Assembly (NCBI GenBank): GCA_026391835.1
Contig: JAPLDF010000068.1
Span: 188,101-252,100, forward strand
Source of the DNA: Bacteroidota bacterium
GTDB taxonomy: Bacteria; Bacteroidota; Bacteroidia; Bacteroidales; FEN-979
Direction: 5' to 3'
Length of the DNA stretch: 64,000 bases
Shown: positions 49,863 through 56,129 of the stretch, piece after piece
Position numbering within the stretch: position 1 is the stretch's first letter
Layout: each line of letters opens with the position of its first letter
Program-made: the position numbers and the translations under genes
Notes under the pieces: model-generated
Databases searched by the model: none
The model's input: only the letters and a program-made list of their open reading frames with translations
Told to the model about the DNA's origin: nothing

Positions 49863-50411
49863 TTATTTTTTTATCCTGATCTCAAGAATGCCGTTTGTAA
49901 ATTTATGCCTCAGGTTTTTCCGGTCGGCTTTTTCAGGAAGCAGCAGTTCCTTGCGGTACGACCTGCTTTTGCTTACTGCCGAAATTTCAAGGATGTCTTC
50001 CTTCAGATCGATGTGGATATCGCTTTCCTCTATTCCGGGCATTTCTGCAATGATCACCAGTTCATTCTTTTCATTGAAGACATCGGTGATGGGCTCCCGC
50101 TCTTCATCCACCTTTGGTCCCTCCGGTGTTTTTTTGATATTCCCGAAGGTTTCAACCCTGGGAGAGCCTCCGCCGGCCGTATTGATGGTAAACCCATAAA
50201 CGCCTTTCATGCCTTTTTTGATGTGATCAAAGTTGATCTCCCCCTCCTTTTTTATACCACCACTTTCATCGAGTTTCCCTGCAAGGTCAACAAGTTTCTC
50301 AATGCCTTTGAAAAGGCCACCAAGTCCGAAAAGATCAAAATCGGCTTCATCTTTTTTTTCTTTTTTCTTGTCGTTTTCCATTTTATACCAGGTTTTAACG
50401 GTTCTTAACAA
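49863..50411 (-). CDS. Hsp20/alpha-crystallin family small heat-shock protein (GvpH-like position)
   Basis: ITDVFNEKNELVIIAEMPGIEESDIHIDLKEDILEISA...KFTNGILEIRIKK is an alpha-crystallin domain. The N-terminus is Lys/Glu-rich. Confidence 0.85.
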   Translation of the reverse strand: MLRTVKTWYKMENDKKKEKKDEADFDLFGLGGLFKGIEKLVDLAGKLDESGGIKKEGEINFDHIKKGMKGVYGFTINTAGGGSPRVETFGNIKKTPEGPKVDEEREPITDVFNEKNELVIIAEMPGIEESDIHIDLKEDILEISAVSKSRSYRKELLLPEKADRKNLRHKFTNGILEIRIKK

Positions 50412-50463
50412 TATTCCTTCACCGGTCCGTCCATCTGAAGGGAAGGAATCCGGTACAGGGTTA

Positions 50464-50760
50464 TCATGGTTTATTCATTGCCTCCAGTTTCTCCAGCCGC
50501 GACTCCAGCGCATCCTGTTGCTGCATCAGTTCTTTTTCCCTGGCTTTGGTTGAAAGATAGGTGTCTTCCTGCCACCAGTTTATGCCCATCTCCATCGCCT
50601 TGTCAACCGACGCCACCAGCAACCTGATCTTGATGGTCAGCAGGTCAATATCCGCAATCTGAATTTTAATATCGCCGGCAATCACGATGCCTTTGTCGAG
50701 GACTCTTTCGAGGATATCGGCCAGGCCGGTCGCCTGGATCGAATGGGTAGGTTCTGACAT
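50464..50760 (-). CDS. gvpJ: gas vesicle protein J-like (GvpA family)
   Basis: LADILERVLDKGIVIAGDIKIQIADIDLLTIKIRLLVASVDKAMEMGINWW. Confidence 0.85.
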   Translation of the reverse strand: MSEPTHSIQATGLADILERVLDKGIVIAGDIKIQIADIDLLTIKIRLLVASVDKAMEMGINWWQEDTYLSTKAREKELMQQQDALESRLEKLEAMNKP

Positions 50761-50772
50761 AACAAATTGTTT

Positions 50773-51087
50773 TTAATAATCTATTGACATGGTTTTCCAC
50801 TCCTTTTTATCATCTTTCTTTGATTTCCTGCTCTTTTCCGAGGGCCCAGGTGTATGCATTTCCCCTGCTTTTTCATCATAATATGCCTGGATCTCCTTAA
50901 GTCTGTCCTGGATGATCTCAAGCCTTTGCAAAATCCTGATCTCTTCGCTCTTCAGCCGGGTTCTCTCCTTTTCGAACATATACAGTTTAATAAAATCCGA
51001 ATCCTCCTTGTTTGGAATACCCGATTTAACTACATTCTGCATGCTTTTGATGCTCTGAAGTCCTTTTATTGCGGTGGATATTGGCAT
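50773..51087 (-). CDS. coiled-coil gas-vesicle accessory protein (possibly GvpV-like)
   Basis: 104 aa. LYMFEKERTRLKSEEIRILQRLEIIQDRLKEIQ resembles the pattern I recall for cyanobacterial GvpV. This is weak, memory-based evidence. Confidence 0.35.
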   Translation of the reverse strand: MPISTAIKGLQSIKSMQNVVKSGIPNKEDSDFIKLYMFEKERTRLKSEEIRILQRLEIIQDRLKEIQAYYDEKAGEMHTPGPSEKSRKSKKDDKKEWKTMSIDY

Positions 51088-51092
51088 ATGGC

Positions 51093-51140
51093 TTGGATTT
51101 GAAGATTTGAAAATTTGACAATTTGAAGATTTGAAAATCT
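51093..51140. repeat. octamer tandem repeat (GAARATTT-like) x6 filling the spacer downstream of gvpN
   Basis: ttggattt gaagattt gaaaattt gacaattt gaagattt gaaaatct. Confidence 0.9.
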
Positions 51141-51152
51141 TAAAATAATTCT

Positions 51153-52070
51153 TCAGGAATATTGTTCAATAAGTTCATTCACAATGATTTTTACCTTTTC
51201 CTGGTTGGTTTTTGATCCAATCCGGCTGGTTTCGGACGTGAGGATGTCCTGGCATATTTTCCGGAACATATCCTTTGATTTTGACGGCGTTGTTTTTAAT
51301 GTCGCCAGGGTTTTTGCAATCATGATGGAACCACGGATGGTCGGATCGAATTCAGTTTTCCCCGATTCGCGCAACCCTCTCACAATCTTCACGATGATTT
51401 CGGTATCCTTCAATGAAAGCAGAGATTTTGCCCGGGTGATCTGCAATTCCGTTTCATAGTCAAAATGATCCAGATCCATGGTCACCATGCGGTCGCGCAA
51501 GGCATCCTGGGTACGGTTCACCCCTGCGTACTCCTCGGGATTTGAGGTAAAGATGGCACGGAATTCGGGATGCACCTTCATGTAGTAATCCTCCTCCTTT
51601 GCCGCCGAAGTGCTCAGCATTCTCTCCTGCAGGATGGGAAGCAGGATGTTGTTGGCTTCGGGACGTGAACGCGTGAACTCGTCATATATCAGTGTAAACC
51701 CGTTTTTTACGGCAATGGTCAAACGGTTGTTCACCCACTGCTTGGTCATGTCCTCTTCATACTTATGCACCGAATGAATAAACTTGTCATCCAGCTTTTT
51801 GTACTTATATCCCTGTTCACTGCCAATGAGATCGGACGTTTTATACTCGGCATCGCCATGGATGATCACCACCGGGCGGCCTATTTTACTGGCCAGGTGC
51901 ATGGCTACGGTCGTTTTCCCGGTACCCGACGGCCCCCTGAAATGAACAGGGAATCCGGCTTTGATATAGGTCAGACCACGGTTGGTGATATCCCTGATAT
52001 AGTCTGTTTCTACAAAATTTGACATCGGCTTCAGTTCGAGCACGGTATTCATTTCATTGTTGTCGCTCAT
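51153..52070 (-). CDS. gvpN: gas vesicle protein N (AAA+ ATPase)
   Basis: FVETDYIRDITNRGLTYIKAGFPVHFRGPSGTGKTTVAMHLA, Walker B LIYDEFTR and a size of 305 aa. Confidence 0.92.
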   Translation of the reverse strand: MSDNNEMNTVLELKPMSNFVETDYIRDITNRGLTYIKAGFPVHFRGPSGTGKTTVAMHLASKIGRPVVIIHGDAEYKTSDLIGSEQGYKYKKLDDKFIHSVHKYEEDMTKQWVNNRLTIAVKNGFTLIYDEFTRSRPEANNILLPILQERMLSTSAAKEEDYYMKVHPEFRAIFTSNPEEYAGVNRTQDALRDRMVTMDLDHFDYETELQITRAKSLLSLKDTEIIVKIVRGLRESGKTEFDPTIRGSIMIAKTLATLKTTPSKSKDMFRKICQDILTSETSRIGSKTNQEKVKIIVNELIEQYS

Positions 52071-52083
52071 GGATAGAGGTTGT

Positions 52084-52121
52084 GAAGATTTACGATTTAC
52101 GATTTTTGATTTACGATTTTT
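52084..52121. repeat. short tandem repeat (ACGATTT-like) upstream of gvpN
   Basis: gaagattt acgattt acgattttt gattt acgattttt. Confidence 0.8.
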
Positions 52122-52154
52122 GCATTTTATACTTTCCCTTTTGCTTTTTGATTT

Positions 52155-52337
52155 TTATCCAAAGGGTTTGTTTGGGATTTGTTTCAGCGACTCCTCCCAC
52201 ATGGCTCCGGCCTCTTCAATTTCCCTGAGGATGAGTTCTCTTTTAAGTAAAAACTCCCTCTTCCCGGCCTGGAACCGTTCCATTGCTTCCTGTCGTTTTT
52301 TCAGGCTGTTCCTGATACCACTTGCCGCATCCTTCAT
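52155..52337 (-). CDS. small helical hypothetical protein (60 aa)
   Basis: Same strand as the cluster and tightly bounded by repeat spacers. It has a charged amphipathic sequence, RQEAMERFQAGKREFLLKRELILREIEE. No family is recognised. Confidence 0.35.
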   Translation of the reverse strand: MKDAASGIRNSLKKRQEAMERFQAGKREFLLKRELILREIEEAGAMWEESLKQIPNKPFG

Positions 52338-52340
52338 TTT

Positions 52341-52372
52341 CCAATTTTCAAATTTTCAAATCTTCAAATTTC
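52341..52372. repeat. octamer tandem repeat (CAAATYTT) x4, inverse orientation of the 51093-51140 array
   Basis: ccaatttt caaatttt caaatctt caaatttc. Positions 52348-52369 are the exact reverse complement of 51097-51118. Confidence 0.9.
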
Positions 52373-52682
52373 AACAGACACCCCGGCCTTTACATTGGGT
52401 ACAAGGCAGGCCATCGCCCGATTTACCGCTTCCGTTGCATTGCCGGCATTTTTTATTGTTTTCGACATGGTTGTTTCCCTTTCCGCCGCATACGATACAC
52501 GGCACCCTTGCACCCAACGGATTTTTACCGGAACCGTCACAAAACACACACTTTTTCATGGGTTCATCAACCCCAACGCTCCCGGTGCCATTGCAAACGA
52601 GGCATTTTGAGATCGGAGAAAGCAGGTCAAAAGGATCCTTTCCCGTGGCGCTGCAAAACGGACAATTGAATGTTTTTATCAT
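52371..52682 (-). CDS. stand-alone DnaJ-type (CR) zinc-finger protein, six CxxCxGxG repeats
   Basis: 103 aa with CPFCSATG, CLVCNGTG, CVFCDGSG, CIVCGGKG, CRQCNGSG and CTQCKGRG. Confidence 0.7.
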   Translation of the reverse strand: MIKTFNCPFCSATGKDPFDLLSPISKCLVCNGTGSVGVDEPMKKCVFCDGSGKNPLGARVPCIVCGGKGNNHVENNKKCRQCNGSGKSGDGLPCTQCKGRGVC

Positions 52683-52699
52683 GGGTTGAGAATAGGTAC

Positions 52700-52965
52700 G
52701 GTTCGAGATAGTTGGTGGCTTCGGCTTCGCTCAGCCACCGGATGTGCTCAGCCACCATAAGCGCTAAGCCACCGGATGACTTCGACCTTGCTCAGTACCC
52801 GGGTACCCACCCGGACGCTTCAACCTAGTTCGTGCCAGGAGCCCCACCCCGGACACTTCAATCCTACGCGTACCCCGGGTACCCACCCCGGATACTGAGC
52901 GTAGCCGAAGTGTCTGCGGGTTGGGTTAACTGAGCGAAGCCGGTTTCCCGACCCCACCCAGTACC
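52700..52965. repeat. degenerate GC-rich direct or inverted repeat spacer inside the gvp locus
   Basis: Recurrent motifs are gctcagccaccgg, gctaagccaccgg, (g)tacccgggtacccacc(c)cgga and cttc(g/a)a(c/t)c. No credible ORF is present. Confidence 0.6.
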
Positions 52966-52972
52966 CCAAACG

Positions 52973-54193
52973 CTATTTTATCGGATAATAAATATTATCA
53001 ATTTTCTGAACTTTTCCTCCATCGAGCAACGTTTTTGCAGTATACCCGAGCTTCATCCTTGTTTCGCCGAGGGGTTCTTCCATTTCCGAGATCTTAACCC
53101 CCTTGGGATGCTTGTTGATATAATCCAGGACTTTCTGATCCAGTGTTCTGGTATCTGAAAGAACCGCCTTAACTGCTGCAACGGGAGTTTCTTTAACAAC
53201 TTCCGCGGAAGCCTCCTTTTTCACCTCTTTCTTTTCGGTTTTCTTTACGGTCTGCTTCGGTGCGGGGGCAACGCCTGTTTTCCTTACGTGGGCCATTGTT
53301 TCCTGCATTTTATTCCATTCTGCCGAGGCATCAACCCTGTTTTGCAGCAAATCATCCAGCATCCCGGCAGTGGCTTTTTGAACATCCCTGACCTCTTTCT
53401 GAATTCCCTTGATTGAAACATGAATTCCCTTCATGATCGCATTGTAATCGGTGATCCTGTCTGTTTCGCCTTTGGAGAGATCTTTTCTCAGTTTTTGGGC
53501 CATTTTCTGATTTTCCCTCCCGATTTCCGACAGCCTCTTCTGGAAGCCATGCAGCAGTGCCCTGGTATAATCGACTCTTTCACCAAGGTTTTTGCCCAAT
53601 TCCGCTTTCAGTTCTTCCGACATCTCCTTGTGTTCCTTTTCAAACCGGTCGAGCATGTTGTTCGTGTTCAGGAAGATCGTTGAAACCTCATCGTTGATGA
53701 TTTTAATATCGTCGCCGATATTCGACATGAGTGCATCAAACTCCGCCATCCTGTTCTTTTCCTCCTGCATCCTGTCGGCCCGGCCCTGTGCAAAGGTTTT
53801 ATCCAGGTCGTCGGCCATGTGTGCCCGGTCTTTTGTGAATTCGCTGATCATTTTGAAGGTGGAAGTTTGAATGGCCACCACTTCATGCTGAATGGAGGCG
53901 ATTGTTCCATGGATCCCCGACATCAACCCGTTAAAATTGTGCAGCCGTTCTTTCTCCCCGCGCGCAAGACCTTTCCTCAGGGCAGCGGCATTTGCATTCA
54001 ATGCTACAGCCAATTCCATATGATCCTTGCGGAAACCGTCGAGGGTTACCTGGACGTCATTAACAAGTTCTTCATTTTCCCTGATGCGTTGCTTGAACGA
54101 AGCAAGTAACTCTTCTGTCAACACCTTCATGTCTGATGCTAGTCCCATTTGTTTATCTCCTATTTTAAATGAATTTAATGTTTCCTGGGTCAA
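52973..54193 (-). CDS. helical-repeat protein with Lys/Ala/Val linker and C-terminal winged-helix-like domain (GvpC-position protein, long paralogue)
   Basis: 406 aa. Internal repeats are LRKGLARGEKERLHNFNGLMSGIHGTIASIQHEVVAIQ, RADRMQEEKNRMAEFDALMSNIGDDIKIINDEVSTI and LRKDLSKGETDRITDYNAIMKGIHVSIKGIQKEVRDVQ. The tail is LDYINKHPKGVKISEMEEPLGETRMKLGYTAKTLLDGGKVQKI. Confidence 0.7.
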   Translation of the reverse strand: MTQETLNSFKIGDKQMGLASDMKVLTEELLASFKQRIRENEELVNDVQVTLDGFRKDHMELAVALNANAAALRKGLARGEKERLHNFNGLMSGIHGTIASIQHEVVAIQTSTFKMISEFTKDRAHMADDLDKTFAQGRADRMQEEKNRMAEFDALMSNIGDDIKIINDEVSTIFLNTNNMLDRFEKEHKEMSEELKAELGKNLGERVDYTRALLHGFQKRLSEIGRENQKMAQKLRKDLSKGETDRITDYNAIMKGIHVSIKGIQKEVRDVQKATAGMLDDLLQNRVDASAEWNKMQETMAHVRKTGVAPAPKQTVKKTEKKEVKKEASAEVVKETPVAAVKAVLSDTRTLDQKVLDYINKHPKGVKISEMEEPLGETRMKLGYTAKTLLDGGKVQKIDNIYYPIK

Positions 54194-54798
54194 CTGATTT
54201 CCTTAATGATTTGATTTTTAACAATTTTTATGTCTTCAATCCGGATATGATCGCCTTTTTCAAGCAGTCCTTCCAGGCACTCCATCATCCTGTTGTGCAT
54301 GTGCTGAAATTCCAGGAACGTCTTCATCACCGTTTCCTTTCTCGACTCCTGCAATTTTGAAACCTGTGAAAGCTGGTCCTTGATGATGTTAATCTTTTCG
54401 GTAGCATCCTGGGATGCAATATCTTTAATGCCCAGCAGGCTCGCTTTCAGCGATTGGGCAGTCTCTTTCTGCGCTTCAATGAATGAGAGGAACAAACTTT
54501 CGGCGGCCCGTTCTTTTTCATCGAGTGCACAAAGAATGCCTGACATCATTGCGTTGTAATCTTTTTTCCGAAGGGAACCCTTTTTGGCGAGGGTTTCGCA
54601 CAACCTCGAATTCATGATATCCCGCTCCTTTTTCAGATCGTGCAGTGAGTTATGCACATTATCGAACAGGGAGTGGGACGATTCAGTAATGTATTCGGAC
54701 GACTGGAAAGCAGTTTGTATTTTCTGGATGCGGTTTTCGTATGAGGTTATGATGTTGTTGAAAAAACCATCGATGTTTAATTCGGGCAGGGGACTCAT
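54190..54798 (-). CDS. helical-repeat protein, short paralogue of 52973..54193
   Basis: It shares the repeat LRKKDYNAMMSGILCALDEKE. It has a 4-nt overlap with the next gene. The likely start is ATG 54798 (MSPLPEL). The ORF track uses TTG 54804. Confidence 0.65.
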   Translation of the reverse strand: MSPLPELNIDGFFNNIITSYENRIQKIQTAFQSSEYITESSHSLFDNVHNSLHDLKKERDIMNSRLCETLAKKGSLRKKDYNAMMSGILCALDEKERAAESLFLSFIEAQKETAQSLKASLLGIKDIASQDATEKINIIKDQLSQVSKLQESRKETVMKTFLEFQHMHNRMMECLEGLLEKGDHIRIEDIKIVKNQIIKEIS

Positions 54799-54957
54799 AT
54801 TCAATTATTAATTTATTTACAAACAGGGTGTTGGGTTATGGGATGGTTGTGCTGGCTATTCAGGGGCTGAAAAAGAAATTCTTGGTAATCCATGCTTTCA
54901 TGTATTAAACAGGGAAGGATGTCTTAGCAAGAATAGCTGTTAAACTGCAGGACTGCC

Positions 54958-55161
54958 TTATGCGGCTTTTGCAGTCAATCCGATTGCTTCAGCATACTTC
55001 AGGTATGTCTCAACAGAGGCAACAACGATTCTTGCTTCAATTGCAAGCAGTTCGATACCTACCAATGAAACTCTTACCCATGCATCAACTACGACACCTT
55101 TGTCAAGGATACGGTCGATAACTTCTACCAGGCTGGATGATCCGATCGTCTTTTCTACCAT
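54958..55161 (-). CDS. gvpA: major gas vesicle structural protein GvpA
   Basis: 67 aa. [55 protein letters not shown] is near-canonical GvpA. AGGAG lies 9 nt upstream of the ATG. Confidence 0.95.
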   Translation of the reverse strand: MVEKTIGSSSLVEVIDRILDKGVVVDAWVRVSLVGIELLAIEARIVVASVETYLKYAEAIGLTAKAA

Positions 55162-55283
55162 TTTTTTAATCTCCTATATTGAATGAATGAACACCGTGCT
55201 TGACATTCGAGGGACGGTTTACCTCTTGTGCCGGAAGCATAAACAAAGGGCGGGCCGGAAATGGCAGGCAATACAGGAGCAGT

Positions 55284-55313
55284 CATATTCAGACGGCTAA
55301 TTCCCTGAATATG
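55284..55313. promoter_or_regulatory. perfect 9-bp inverted repeat (catattcag N12 ctgaatatg) in the gvpA upstream region
   Basis: Read directly. It lies about 125-150 bp upstream of the gvpA ATG, in the divergent intergenic region. It could be an operator or enhancer site. Function is unproven. Confidence 0.3.
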
Positions 55314-55487
55314 AAACGCAAAAAAAAATCATTTTTTTTCAGGAGGAAATTCACCGGTGATGAATGATCGCAGGATTACCGGCAAACGGCAAATTAATCG
55401 CGTAGCCTACGCGAAAACGCGTGGGGCTGCCTGGCTTATATCTCCCTATCTTTGCATCATTATTTAAAAGATTTAGAGAGTCGAAAT

Positions 55488-56129
55488 ATGAAGAGATTAT
55501 TATATATCCCGATGCTCCACAATCAAACTGATTTAGGATCACTTGGCGGCAGATTATCCATTGAGGGAGGGAAAAAATATGGAATTTCCAACTGGCAGGA
55601 GCACGTTGAGCAGGTTGATAAATCGTGGCATAGGATAGATGCTGAAATTTCCAGGCTTATCAGGCGCATATCACCCGGCAAGATCAAAATTTACCAGGAC
55701 GGGTTACCGGCGGTTGATGAAGTTGGAAGAAAAATCGTGCAGGAAGCCGCTAAAAGCGGCAGCATAAATTACAGGATCATCGATGACCTGATGGTACGGG
55801 GAGCAAAACTGGAAATCGCTGAAAACAAAGAATTGTTGCTCAGGGAGTATTTTCTTCTGACTGATATAGCGAAGGCTGAAACCCCTGAAGATGCGTTAAA
55901 AGCCTACCAGGATTACCAAAAAGTGGCGCAGGAACTGCTGAATGACCGGGATACCCATATCGCAAACCAGATCAATGCGACACTTGCCAACGGGGAAACC
56001 GGGATTGCATTTTTTGGTGCGGCCCATGCCATCACAGGCAAATTAAACAAAGACATAAAAGTAACTGTCATTCAAATGTTTACCGACGACATTTCTCGGT
56101 TTTTACTTAACAACCCGGGTCAAGCGTAG
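55488..56129 (+). CDS. TraB/GumN/Tiki-superfamily-like protein (hypothetical)
   Basis: N-terminal YIPMLHNQTDLG, with C-terminal NDRDTHIANQINATL...GIAFFGAAHA. This resembles the GxxH ... RDxxM ... G.aH pattern of TraB-family proteins. The start was chosen at ATG 55488. Confidence 0.45.
   Translation: MKRLLYIPMLHNQTDLGSLGGRLSIEGGKKYGISNWQEHVEQVDKSWHRIDAEISRLIRRISPGKIKIYQDGLPAVDEVGRKIVQEAAKSGSINYRIIDDLMVRGAKLEIAENKELLLREYFLLTDIAKAETPEDALKAYQDYQKVAQELLNDRDTHIANQINATLANGETGIAFFGAAHAITGKLNKDIKVTVIQMFTDDISRFLLNNPGQA

Noticed and set aside
51097-52369. Invertible promoter switch (fim/hin-like) defined by the 22-bp inverted repeats.
   Set aside because: The bracketed segment contains coding sequence (gvpN and a small ORF) rather than a promoter. 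No recombinase gene is in the window. The repeats are low-complexity AT-rich octamer arrays that could match by shared repeat ancestry. I kept it only as a lower-confidence finding, favouring RNA-level pairing or slippage.
55162-55330. Sigma-54 (-24 TGGCAC / -12 TTGC) promoter upstream of gvpA, expected from the adjacent NtrC-type regulator.
   Set aside because: The minus strand has a GGCAC (complement of 55228-55232), but the position 12 nt downstream is AA, not GC. A TTGC (in ctcctgtattgcc) is preceded by CTGCTCC instead of TGGCACG. A near-miss at 52700-52730 has wrong spacing. No convincing site was found by eye, so a PWM scan is needed.
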